Shown here in pieces: positions 1 through 11,164 of a DNA stretch of 64,000 nt. The stretch comes from Histomonas meleagridis 2922-C6/04-290x (taxonomy: Eukaryota > Protista > Parabasalia): contig JAANOX010000055.1 of the NCBI GenBank assembly GCA_020184695.1, positions 62,001 to 126,000 on the forward strand, in the 5' to 3' direction. Both the position numbers and the translations under genes were made by a program. The notes under the pieces were generated by a model. That model was given only the letters and a program-made list of their open reading frames with translations, did not search any database and had not been told where the DNA came from. Each line of letters opens with the position of its first letter. The first letter of the stretch is position 1.

Positions 1-232
1 TCGATATATAAATTTTTTTAAGATTATTCCTGTATCATAAAAAGAAAATTTACCAAGAATTCAAATTAATTTCAAATTAATAAATAATGTTTTATTGATG
101 TAATCTTTTAAAGTATGATAAAATATATGTGTATGCATATTGGTATTACCAATTGGTTTAATTAATAATCCTTCTACAAAAGATTTACATGCAACCAAAT
201 AATATTAAAAAGTGACAATACATAAAAACAAA

Positions 233-883
233 ATGTTAAATTTTTCCAGATCATGTCCATTATCATGTACAATTGGTATAGCATCTATTATAATTGCTGT
301 TCTACTTTATCTTAAAGTTGTAGATATTTATCAATTTTATTTCAACAGATATCTCATTTTCCAAAAATTCCAATTTTGGAGACTATTTACGTCATCATTT
401 TGCTTTGGGTCAATGGGTTTAAATACACTTTTACAACTTTCAGGGTTTATGCAATACATTGGAACTGATGAAAGTTCTTTCTTTTCAGGTCGACCTGTAG
501 ATTTTATGATATTTTGCCTTTTTGGCATGGCAGGTCTTTGGATATGTGCTTGTTTCTATCCTATACTTTTCTTTGGACCGGGTCTAACTTCATATTTCAT
601 GTATTATTTTTCTAAAAGGTCTCCAGATACTCGATTAATTCTGTTTACTTTTCCTGTTCTAATTAAAGCAGCTTACGTTGCTCTTATTTTATTAGCCATT
701 AATATTTTTTCACACAATACTCATAATATATTATCATCAGTTGTTGGATATTTCATGGCTCATATGTACTTCTTCATACAAGATATAGTTTCTCTCAAGT
801 GTAATGTAAGTCTTCTCACTGCGCCAAGCTGGGCAAATAATTTTTTGAATCGAATTTTTTCATTTATTTTCAATTCGAATTGA
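233..883 (+). CDS. DER1: Derlin (Der1-like) ER membrane protein
   Basis: Multi-pass hydrophobic ORF with the Derlin motif QFWRLFTSSFCFG; first ATG at 233 within the 212..883 ORF. Confidence 0.8.
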   Translation: MLNFSRSCPLSCTIGIASIIIAVLLYLKVVDIYQFYFNRYLIFQKFQFWRLFTSSFCFGSMGLNTLLQLSGFMQYIGTDESSFFSGRPVDFMIFCLFGMAGLWICACFYPILFFGPGLTSYFMYYFSKRSPDTRLILFTFPVLIKAAYVALILLAINIFSHNTHNILSSVVGYFMAHMYFFIQDIVSLKCNVSLLTAPSWANNFLNRIFSFIFNSN

Positions 884-1163
884 ACTTTAAAATTCTTTTT
901 TTAATATTGTTTAGTATCATATCTAAAAATATCAAAGTTAATAAAAATAATTTAATATCGAAATTACAAAATTTGTGATTTCTTTGATAAAATTTACATT
1001 TTTCACAAAGGTTTTTGTGATGTTTAAATAGGTATCTGAATAAAAATTAGGGATTTATAAAAATGTGATTTTGATTATTTATTAAGTTTAAATGAAACAT
1101 AACAATTTGTTGGTTCCTTCAGTGTGACATGAATGAAAAGTATTTGTTGACTGATGTTGACTT

Positions 1164-1442
1164 TTAAAACATTGAATCATGGAAGAATGAAAAGTAAAAA
1201 TATAATAGAACAAGCAATAAAATCAAAAAACAAAGAGATGCTTTTTGGATATTCTTGGACTTTCTGATTGATTCCTTTTTTTCTTGAATTTTTTTTTCTA
1301 ATTCTTCAAGATTTGTTTGAACTTGAGCAAGCCATAACTTAACCAGCTCATCTTCCTGTTCTGTGAGATTGATTTCTGCATCAGAAATATATTTTTCAAG
1401 TTCTTCAAGTTTGTTTTGGGATCCTGGAACGCGCGTTTCCAT
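1164..1442 (-). CDS. Small tail-anchored coiled-coil protein, SNARE-like
   Basis: About 92 aa from the ATG at 1442 (METRV); coiled coil followed by a C-terminal hydrophobic helix (LCFLILLLVLLYFYFSFF). Confidence 0.55.
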   Translation of the reverse strand: METRVPGSQNKLEELEKYISDAEINLTEQEDELVKLWLAQVQTNLEELEKKIQEKKESIRKSKNIQKASLCFLILLLVLLYFYFSFFHDSMF

Positions 1443-1494
1443 TTTCAAAAAGTGCGCATGACATTTGATATGAAATACAGAGGCCTCAACAGAA

Positions 1495-1980
1495 ATGAGT
1501 TCTCCAACCCCTAAGGAAGAAGAGGAAGATAATATATTTAAAGTTGAAGAAATTAAAAGTCATAAAAAGAAGAGAGGGAAAGTTTATTATTTAATTAAAT
1601 GGGAGGGATATCCAGAAACTGAAAATACATGGGAACCAGAAGAAAATCTTTCATGCCCAGAAATCCTTGAGAAATATCAGGAATCTATAATACAGAATGG
1701 AGCAAAAAGTAATTTAAAAAATTCTAATTCAAAAAATAAACAGAAAACACCACAAAATCAATCTAACAATGAGACTAAGAGCAAGGCAGAGGGTACAGAA
1801 AAAACAAAGAAAGTTTCAAAAATATATGGATGTACTTCCGATTCTAAACCAAACTTTATGTTTTATGTAGTGAAACTCGTCGGCAAGAAAACACCAATTG
1901 TAGTGTCGTCCACAGAACTACAGGAGTTGGCTCCTGACAAACTTACAGCGTTTTTGGAAAAGAATGTAAGATATTTTTAG
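1495..1980 (+). CDS. Chromodomain protein (HP1-like)
   Basis: FKVEEIKSHKKKRGKVYYLIKWEGYPETENTWEPEENL is a classic chromodomain; the C-terminal region resembles a chromo-shadow domain. Confidence 0.9.
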   Translation: MSSPTPKEEEEDNIFKVEEIKSHKKKRGKVYYLIKWEGYPETENTWEPEENLSCPEILEKYQESIIQNGAKSNLKNSNSKNKQKTPQNQSNNETKSKAEGTEKTKKVSKIYGCTSDSKPNFMFYVVKLVGKKTPIVVSSTELQELAPDKLTAFLEKNVRYF

Positions 1981-2706
1981 ATTTTTTGCTACGTGAAATT
2001 ATTGTTACACACGTCAATATTTCAATGTGTGATTTTGCGGTTTCTGATTTGGAGGTAAAAATTGTGACCCGTGAAAGCATCAAACTATTCAGATGGCTGC
2101 TGCAATAATAAACGTGCGGTCTTAATGTTTACAAAACGCCACTTTTTGATATTTCCGATTAAAAAAAATTCAAAATTTTCTATCGAAAGGGAAAATAAAC
2201 GTTTTTTGGTATAACTCATATTGACACTTTTTGCCCACAAAGAACCACTCTAATTTTTTTACTATTTTATCACAGTATTATTTGATTAATCGAATGGAAA
2301 GAAATTTTTATTCTAAAAATCATTGCTAATCATTACTACCCTATAAAGAGTGCAAAATACTTGAAAATCGAATGGAGTATTGGAGTTAGAACGATAGTTG
2401 TGAGAACATGCACCATATTACTCATAATTGTATCACACTAATTAAAAAAATGGAATACTTGACCAAGCTTTTTGGTGGTTATGATGAGAATCGGATTAAT
2501 ACCACACAACTAGCAGATACTTCAATATGAAATTGATCAGTGACTTTTTGATAATTGTCACTTTTAAATTACTACTTTTTGAATGTGTGATAACAACACG
2601 TATTACTTTTTCATCATTTTGTAAACACTCCATCTCAAATAACCAAAAAACGATTAAAACAACTTCAATCGAAAATGGGGTTAAAAATATTTTTATAGTT
2701 TGCAAA

Positions 2707-4912
2707 ATGGGTGCAGAAGAAAGCCAAATGTCATCATCACAAGGAAAGCCAAATCCAAAACAAAATCTTCAAATATTGCAATGTATTGAACAAATTATAT
2801 TTCGTTTAAACGGAGAGAATATTCAAGATTCTGTTGAAACTACGTTAACATATTTTCCAGAAAAATATAGATATTCATTTAATTTTGTTATATGTCAATT
2901 TGTATATTCATTATATTTATCTAAAGGACTTGATAAAATATTTTTTAACTATTTAAAAGAACTTGAAAATAAAGAGAAAGAAATTTGTAATAATTCTGAT
3001 TATCAAGTTATTAATATTTTTGCACAACTTCTTGTGTGTTTACGAACACAAGAATCAGATTATCTTCTTGAGATAATGTATCAACAAGATTTAATTGATA
3101 CTAAAATATTAAAAGAAGATGATTCATTATATTTTGCACATATTCTTACACAAGAAGATATTGATTTTTTTGAACAAGAACCATATAATAAAACATTTTT
3201 AGAGAACATCGAAAATTATCGACAAAATAATTGGGAACTTCATAAGCAATTAATTGAAGAAGGAGTGAATCCTAAAGAAATAGCGAAAATCATTCGAAAT
3301 GATGATGTTGAAAAATTTGATGAAATATCATCACAAGAAGGTTTTGATTTTAATCAAAAGATTGAACCATCGATTTATGAACGATGTACATTCATTAATG
3401 AAGAAAATGTTTCATTGATTGATTATGCAGCATTTTTTGGATCATATGGCTGTTTTAAGCTTTTAGTTATGAATGATGCTAATATTAATCACATCGGTAA
3501 GTATGCAGTTGCAGGAGGGAATATTGATATTATTAATTATTGTGAACAAAACAATGTAAGTTTTGAAGGTGCATATGAAGCAGCAATTAAATATCATCGT
3601 AATGATATTTTTAAACATCTTTATGAAAAGAAAGTTGAAAATATTCATCCAACTGATATAGCAATAGAATGTATTTTAAGTTACAACTTTGAAATTTTTT
3701 CATTTATTGAGAAAAATGGATACATTCTTAATGAAAGTGTTCTTTGTAAATCAATTAAATCTGGTAATATATTTCTTTTCAAATATTTAGTCAAAATATT
3801 CCCTAATAAAATGAATATTAATTTATTATACGTACCAACTACATCTGGAAATAAAGAAATTTTTAATTACATTTATAATAGTAAATATAGGAATAAAAAC
3901 AATATTAAAATTTATTAATAAGATTTAATATTTATATAAAATATTTGGATATTACATTTCTGAAGCTGCTACTTTGGGTTGGTTCGATGCAATAAAATTA
4001 TATATAGAAATGGGTATTGATATTAATATGGTTGACAAGATGAATTTCAATAATTTTATATTTTAAAATATTATTTGGGATTTATTCTAATTAATTTATT
4101 CACCACTTATGAAATCATTATGTTCGCATACAGTGAAATCAAGGAACCTTTCATATTATATTAATAATATGAAAACAACTAAATTACTTCTTGAGCAAAA
4201 AGGAATTGATTTAAATATTCAAGAAAATATCAATTTATTTTATATCAAATTTATTTTAATGATTATTTATTTCGCAATAATATTTAGAAATTATTCACAC
4301 GATTTCGGTCAGCTCTTTTTATTGCGGTTCACGAATATCTTCCCAAAATTGTAAAATTACTTCTTAAAAATAAAACCATTGATGTTAATATTAGAAATAT
4401 TTGTTTGTTTTGTTTAAAGTTTATACCAATAATTCGATGTTTTAAAAGAACATTTGGTGATTATTCAAAATGTTTTCGACGCCATTAGCAGAAGCAGTAA
4501 ATCGTGGTTATATAGATATAGTAAAAATACTTCTTACAAAAGAAGGAGTTGATGTGAATACTAAAATTATTTATTTACCTTATTTGAAAGTATTCCAAAA
4601 TAATATTTGGAGATTTTGTAATTTATTAAAATTATTTGTTACACCACTTTTTTCTGCAATTTTTGGTGGTAAAAAAGAAATAGTAAAATTACTTCTCGAA
4701 AGAGATGACATTGATCTTAATATAAAATATTTTTTCTGATATTATCTATTTGATTTAATAATTTTATGTTTTGGTATAATATTTAATATTTTATCAAATT
4801 ATTTAAAACAGCACGTATGATTGCCATAGAGCAAGGCCATACTGAAATTGCACAAATGATTGCTGAACGAGAAGGAAATAATCGTGGCACTAACACAACA
4901 AACTCTAATTAG
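2707..4912 (+). CDS. DUF3447-ankyrin repeat protein, gene A, interrupted by 20 17-nt non-canonical inserts (predicted 621 aa after removal)
   Basis: DUF3447 motifs (IDYAAFFGSYGCFKLL, AVAGGNIDII, AIKYHRNDIF). The ORF-track stop at 3918 lies inside the first insert. Removing 20x17 nt gives 1866 nt, open to TAG 4910-4912, with loops DKYGYSPL, NKDGSTPL etc. ATG 2707 is the inferred start. Confidence 0.75.
3910..4804 (+). other. Six clusters of 17-nt inserts (2+3+4+4+3+4) in the ankyrin loops of gene A
   Basis: For example 4399-4415 ATTTGTTTGTTTTGTTT, AAA, 4419-4435, GAT, 4439-4455, GGT, 4459-4475, TCG ACG CCA TTA. The first insert of the last cluster (about 4728-4747) has an ambiguous boundary. 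Confidence 0.85.
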
Positions 4913-5599
4913 TAAATAAAAAGTTTAATCAATCAAAAATATATGAAATTAATATTTTTTTTTTATAATAAAATATCACTGTTTAATTTATATATGAAAG
5001 GAAATCCAAATATTAATTTTAGTTTAGACATTTGTCCAAATGAAAGTATACTTTTATTAAAATGTCTCAATGATATATTATTTTCTGATATCCAAATTGG
5101 CATTACAGATCATGCGTCTTTTTTATTAAATTTCATATCCACAAAGAGTATCATTGGATTAATCCTATTTCGAACATAACAAACATAATGAATGGATACA
5201 AAGCTAAGCAGTTCTCATTGAAGAAAACAAATGAAATTTTTTTAGATGCATTTAAACATTTTAGTTGTAATGTTTTATAATTTACGCTTTACATTTTGTA
5301 GCATCAATAATGAAATCTTTCCACTCTGACTGAACAGAAAAAAAAAATTCAAATCAAAATTCTTTTAGCATTATTCTAAAAAATGTTAGAATTAAATTTA
5401 AATTTATTTTCTTATTATCTTAATATTAATATTAATAATAAAACAATTATATTAATTTTTTGTGATTTGTGTGATAAAACAAAAAATAAAACTAATAATT
5501 TCCGAAGTTAATTCAAATCTTCAAATTTTAATATTTTATGGGAAACAATTTCACTGACGAGTGTAATGAAAATAAGATGAAAACAAACACAAATATTTA

Positions 5600-6943
5600 T
5601 TAAACAACAGATACAGCGCGTGGATGAATTTCATCCATCGAAATATTTTTATGTATATAACTCGATTTCTTCCATCTCGTTGCAAGGTACAGTGCTTGGA
5701 CCTGTTTTAATGGGTCATATCCGCATTTTGAAATCAACATTTCTAATAAATCAAATGGTAAAAATGAATATCCGCATAAAGTTTTGTCAGATGTCATTTC
5801 CTTTGACTTTTCTTTTTTGCCAAAAGCAATATTTAACATTTCAAATGGCAACATTTCAAAGTCAAATTCCTCTTTATAAGTTTCATTAACGATTCTGAAC
5901 ATCTGAACACTATAATTCTTTCCAGAGCTTAAGTCCTGTTCGTCTGTATTTTCTGAAGGGCATAACCTATATTGGAATGAACTATTACAATAATTTTCAT
6001 TAATACATATAAGTATATCATCAGAAGTCCAATATTTTGGATCATTGTCATTCCAACAAAGTTGTCGATTATCATCTGAAGTCAAAGAGCCATCGTACAG
6101 CCCAATCGCGTTCCCATTTTCCTGATCGGATATTTTGACTACAAAACCGCCCTTCGAGTTTTTGAATGGACTTTTGATCGGCTTTTTGATGTGAGTGAAG
6201 TACTCTTCGTCCCAACCGTACAAGAGCATAGTGATAGGGTTACCACACTCTAATGACGACATTGATTTTGGGGTATAGAAGAAAGAATTGTAATGAAGTG
6301 GGAGTTGAAGTTGATTATCATATATGAGATATGGATTTGGAATTGTTAAAAAAAGAGGTTGCTCGGAATCTGAAATAAGATGTTTGATGCCATTAATAAA
6401 CATAACACGTTTGGAATAAATAAATTCGAGCTCAAAATTATTTTCTGTAATAATGTTGGTCATATTGTTACAATCGATATAGTTGCAAAACTCGGTTGGA
6501 ACAAATGACTTTCGAAATTTATTATTGGACATAAGATGTAAAAATGTTGTAGCATTAAACAGTTTTTTTTGATGTGGAATGCCAGGAAGATCTTTGAAAT
6601 AATTAATGGAGGTTTCTAATGCATCATTAGAAAAATTAAGAGTGTAATTGCCTTCAAAATATTTGTCGCCTTTTAAATTGTAAGATCGATATGTTGATTC
6701 AATAAAATTTAAAACAGCGCCATTCCATGTATCTGGATTGAATCTATGTGGAGTATCATATTCATGCGAATATGCATAATTAATGGGTAAAGTTTGATAA
6801 TAATATAGAATCTTGGATCCGAGATAATCGACTGAAACTGTGGTTTTTTTGAAGGAAAGTGACATCCCTAGAACCAGTAGTCCTATAGTCACAGAAGATA
6901 CAACAATAAAACTGCATTTAATATTGGAAATTCCTTCAATCAT
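5600..6943 (-). CDS. Type II membrane protein, possibly a degenerate papain-like fold
   Basis: N-terminal TM helix; the segment PITMLLYGWDEEY...GGFVVK loosely resembles the papain C-terminal motif but lacks the catalytic His and the NSW motif; first ATG at 6943. Confidence 0.5.
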   Translation of the reverse strand: MIEGISNIKCSFIVVSSVTIGLLVLGMSLSFKKTTVSVDYLGSKILYYYQTLPINYAYSHEYDTPHRFNPDTWNGAVLNFIESTYRSYNLKGDKYFEGNYTLNFSNDALETSINYFKDLPGIPHQKKLFNATTFLHLMSNNKFRKSFVPTEFCNYIDCNNMTNIITENNFELEFIYSKRVMFINGIKHLISDSEQPLFLTIPNPYLIYDNQLQLPLHYNSFFYTPKSMSSLECGNPITMLLYGWDEEYFTHIKKPIKSPFKNSKGGFVVKISDQENGNAIGLYDGSLTSDDNRQLCWNDNDPKYWTSDDILICINENYCNSSFQYRLCPSENTDEQDLSSGKNYSVQMFRIVNETYKEEFDFEMLPFEMLNIAFGKKEKSKEMTSDKTLCGYSFLPFDLLEMLISKCGYDPLKQVQALYLATRWKKSSYIHKNISMDEIHPRAVSVV

Positions 6944-7199
6944 TTCCAATATTAAAAAATGGAATTCAATGGTTTATTGATTCTGAAATTTTTAACCGTT
7001 ATTTGTGAACCGCGGTTTTTCGTACGATAAATATTCACTTTTTGAATGAGTTCTGAAGAAAAATTTATGTTTTTGTTGTGTCATGTTGTTGAACAAATTT
7101 ACTCAATTATTTTCATTATACTGATATAAGGGGCATTTAATCCGGTTCATGGGCATGCGTAATTATTTATTTTAAATAATTCTTAAATATTACTTTAAA

Positions 7200-8400
7200 T
7201 GATCAAATTAATGAAAAGAATATCTTTATTATTTGTATTATTTCTTTTTTTGTTCAAGTAATTTAAGCAATTTTGAGTTGCCTTTCGAAGATGCTTTGTG
7301 GAGTGCTGTTTTAAATATTTGAAATAATTTTTATTTATCGTTTTGAAATATTAAATGATATAAATAAATTTTAGAAATATTAAATTAATGTTATCCATAT
7401 TATCATCAATCTCTTTCTCTTAAAGTAATCGAACCATTTCTGTGTTCGAAGATGCAAATATTTGTGTTGCATTAAATACTTTAAGTAATTCCCGGGTATT
7501 GATTTGAAATAATCTTTTGAGTATTAACATTACTTCTTTCTTTTTCACGAAGTAAATTAATTATTTCTGTGTAACCATTTGAAGATGCAAAGCTAAGTGC
7601 TGTTTTAAATATTTAAAATAATTTCCAAATATTATTTTGAAACTTCAAAATATTATAATGAATATTATATAAAATTAAAAAATATTTTTAGCATGAATAT
7701 CAATTCCTTTTTGTTCAAGAAGTAGTTTAACTATTTCTGTATGCCCATTAGATACTGCAAATATAAATGCGGTTTCAAATATTTTATATAATTTTCAAAT
7801 AATATATTAAAACCAAAAATTGATAATGCAAACATTAAATTAAATAAATAAATATTTTTTATATTAACATCAATTTCTATGTAACCATTCAAAGAAGCAA
7901 ACATTAGTGCTGTCTAAAATAATTAAAATGATTTCCAATTATTATTATATTAAAATATCAAATTATTAAAACTAATATATAAATATTTTTTGCATTTAAA
8001 TCAAGTCCTTTTTGTTCAATAAGATATTTAGCTATATCAATATATCCATTTGAAGATGCAAGTATAAGTGCACTCCAAAATATTTAGGGAAAATTCCAAA
8101 TATATTTTCAAAACGTTAAATTATTTAAATATATTTCAAAGAAAACAAATGAATATTTTTCACATTAACATCGATTCCTATTTGTTCAAGAAGTAATTTA
8201 ACTATTGGTGTATAACATCGATTTGAAACACCAAATTATTAAAACAATTATTATATTAAATTAATAAATTTTCTTAACATTAGGTTTTGCTTTTTTTTTT
8301 TCAAGAAGCAATTTAACAATTTCTGTATATCCATTTCTATATGCATATAAAAGTGTTATAATAAATATTGTAATTTTAAGAGGATATTATAAGATAAAAT
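7200..8400 (-). pseudogene. Degenerate ankyrin-repeat array of the 17-nt-insert family (no N-terminal domain)
   Basis: TALxxAS.NG..EIVKLLLEQ.GIDIN repeats; four clean 4x(17+3) clusters plus damaged clusters, in-exon deletions and stop codons. Confidence 0.75.
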
Positions 8401-8584
8401 TCATACAGGGATGATCATAGTTGTTTTGGATATTACAAATTCATCACAAAAAATTTAATTCAAAAGTAAAAAAATTCTGAGGCAACGACCTGACGGTTTT
8501 GGTTTTCAATTGAATTGAATTGAATTTTTTGTTGTATTTTATATTTGATTCAAACTGCCGGCATATGTCACATAAATAATTTTA

Positions 8585-11140
8585 ATGTTTGTTCTATGTC
8601 TTTTTAATATCTTCGGATATTGCAAACAAAGACCGCAAATCTATGAGTTCAGTCATAGCGCACTCATAAGTCTCTTGGACAAAATCCGCAATCACGATTA
8701 TGATGAAATTGTATATAAAGAAGTTCAACACATAGCCAATGATGATGACGAAGAAGAAGAAGAGTATGTGTATTATTATCAAATTGACGATGAATATCAT
8801 GAACCAGAGAAAAACTTTAAAATAAAAAACCCAGTTAAAAGCATTACATCAGGCATATCCCATGGAATAAAATCACTTGCTTCCACTGGTATCGCTACTA
8901 TTAAATCAACAGGCGCGCAAATCGCACAAGGAGCAACTGGTACAATAAAATCAGTGACCGGTGTTACATCATTAAAACCAACTGTCTCTCAAATAAGGTC
9001 AGGCTTTTCCAAATTTAGATCAACTCTCTCTAAAGTAAAGTCAGGAGTTTCCAAAGTCAAATCAGCAGCCTCGAAAGTAGGCAAAGTAGCTGGCAAAGTC
9101 GTCACAAGCGCTGCGAAAACTGCTGCCAAGACAGCCTCCAAAGCAACAAAGCAAACGATCAAGACAGTTAAGGACACTGCCAAAGCCTCAGTCAGGACAA
9201 CCACATCTGCTGCGAAAGCTGCTGTCCGTATCACTCAAGCTTCTGTGCAGATCGCCACCAATCCTGGCAAAGCGGGACAGATCATCAAAGATGTCAGCAA
9301 GGAAGTCACCAAAGATCTTAAGGAGGCAGCCAAAGCGTACAAGCCTGTCATCAGGGATGTCAAAGCCGAAGTCAAAACTACGTTTAAGAGTGTGAAATCA
9401 GTTGCTCCATATGTTGGCTTTGTCACATGCTGGATACCAGTTGTCGGACAAATCGGACTTGCCGCATCTATCGCCGCTACAATGTCTACTGCGTATAAAG
9501 CATATGCATTGTATCAAGCAGGAATGGCCATCTACCAAGGAATCAAAGAGAAAGATTTCATGTCAACACTTGGCGGCATTGCACAAGCTGTAGGTAACTT
9601 TGGAGGACCAATTGGAGCGATTGCAGATAAAGTATATGAAGCACAACAACTTTATCAACAAGGCGAAATGATTTATAAGGGAATTAAGAATGGCGATTAC
9701 ACACAAGTCATTAGTGGTATTACATCGATTATCTCTATTGATGAAGCTAAGGAATTAATATCGAAGAGTGAATTACTTCAACAAGGATTAGAATATTATC
9801 AAAGAGGTTATGATATGTATAAGAAAGGTAAACAAGTAACAGAAGCAATCAAGACAGGACACTTCGGTAAAGCGATTGAAGGACTTGCAGAGTTAGGCTT
9901 AGACATTCGTAAGAATTCATTGTATACAAAAGCAGAAGAATTATTTGATAAGGCTTCGAACTTATATTATCAAGGAGAAACATTATATAAACAAGGAAAG
10001 GAGAAACTTCAATTAGGTAAAGCTGCTTATGAAGCAATTAAGAAAGGTAAAGTTAACAGTGCAATATCATTACTTCAACAAGCAGGTTTGGATGTAACAA
10101 AGAACCAAAAAGTCAATCAATGCTTAACATATTATAATGAAGTCACTTCGAAATTACAAAACGCAAAGAAAGCTTATGAATATGCACAGAAAGGAGATGT
10201 TAAACAAACAATTACATATTTGGAGTTAGCCGGAATTAATGTAACTTCAAGTAAAGCAGTACAAACGGGAATTACATATTATAAAGAAATCGAATCGAAA
10301 TTCGAAATCAGTAAAACAGCATATGAATATGCGAAGAAAGGTAAAATCGATGAAGCTTCAACAGAACTTAAGAAGATTGGAATTGACATTGAACAGAACC
10401 AAGCGATACAAAACGCGCTTGAGTTATATAAGAAAGGCGAAACATTATATAAACAAGGCGACGAGTTATACAAACAAGGAAAAGATATCATTCAACAAGG
10501 TAAGACATCAATTGAGTCATTACGTAAAGGTAAAGTTACCGAAGCACTTAATGATCTTGCGGAACTTGGAATTGACTTACGCAAGTACGACGTAGTGAAA
10601 CAAGGCGAAGAAATTGTTAAACAAGTCGAAACATTACGTCAGACATTACCGAAAGAACTTCAGTCAGCAGCAGAGATTACACTTGCGAAACTTGTTCTCT
10701 TAGGACTCAACACTACGCTCTATAAGGAAATCGACGAGGCTATGGATAAGGCGAAAAGCGCTTCATTGACATTAGTGCAAATAGTCAGCGATGGAATGGA
10801 TGTGTACAAAGACGCGTCGGGTAACGTCGGAACAATCATTGAGTTATCAGAGAAACGTTTCATGGAGTTCATCGACATGGAGGGCTCGAGCGAGTTCTGC
10901 AGGGACTTGGATTTGGTGACAAAGATATTCACCGGAAGTACAGTCGGAGAACAAATAGCGAAGACAGTGACTGAGGGATACCTGAAGCTTGAAGACGCAC
11001 AGGCGAAAGCTGACGCACAAATAGAGAAAATCGCTGAGGAAGTGCAGGGAAAGGCAACGAAATTGGTGACGTCAATCGACGAACTGAAGGAAATCATCGC
11101 AAAGGCAGAGGCCGACGCTGTGAAAGTGACAGCAGAATAA
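8585..11140 (+). CDS. 851-aa probably secreted or membrane-associated helical repeat protein of unknown function
   Basis: Long intact ORF, more GC-rich than its flanks; hydrophobic N-terminus, acidic patch, K/A/T/S-rich segment, hydrophobic CWIPVVGQIGLAASIAA segment and about seven imperfect ~49-63-aa repeats. Confidence 0.85.
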   Translation: MFVLCLFNIFGYCKQRPQIYEFSHSALISLLDKIRNHDYDEIVYKEVQHIANDDDEEEEEYVYYYQIDDEYHEPEKNFKIKNPVKSITSGISHGIKSLASTGIATIKSTGAQIAQGATGTIKSVTGVTSLKPTVSQIRSGFSKFRSTLSKVKSGVSKVKSAASKVGKVAGKVVTSAAKTAAKTASKATKQTIKTVKDTAKASVRTTTSAAKAAVRITQASVQIATNPGKAGQIIKDVSKEVTKDLKEAAKAYKPVIRDVKAEVKTTFKSVKSVAPYVGFVTCWIPVVGQIGLAASIAATMSTAYKAYALYQAGMAIYQGIKEKDFMSTLGGIAQAVGNFGGPIGAIADKVYEAQQLYQQGEMIYKGIKNGDYTQVISGITSIISIDEAKELISKSELLQQGLEYYQRGYDMYKKGKQVTEAIKTGHFGKAIEGLAELGLDIRKNSLYTKAEELFDKASNLYYQGETLYKQGKEKLQLGKAAYEAIKKGKVNSAISLLQQAGLDVTKNQKVNQCLTYYNEVTSKLQNAKKAYEYAQKGDVKQTITYLELAGINVTSSKAVQTGITYYKEIESKFEISKTAYEYAKKGKIDEASTELKKIGIDIEQNQAIQNALELYKKGETLYKQGDELYKQGKDIIQQGKTSIESLRKGKVTEALNDLAELGIDLRKYDVVKQGEEIVKQVETLRQTLPKELQSAAEITLAKLVLLGLNTTLYKEIDEAMDKAKSASLTLVQIVSDGMDVYKDASGNVGTIIELSEKRFMEFIDMEGSSEFCRDLDLVTKIFTGSTVGEQIAKTVTEGYLKLEDAQAKADAQIEKIAEEVQGKATKLVTSIDELKEIIAKAEADAVKVTAE

Positions 11141-11164
11141 GTAAATCAGTAAATTTGGAATGTT

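Noticed and set aside
4889-4899. ACTAACACAAC resembling the trichomonad intron branch/3' motif
   Set aside because: No terminal CAG and no upstream GTA(A/T)GT; it lies in the coding tail of gene A.
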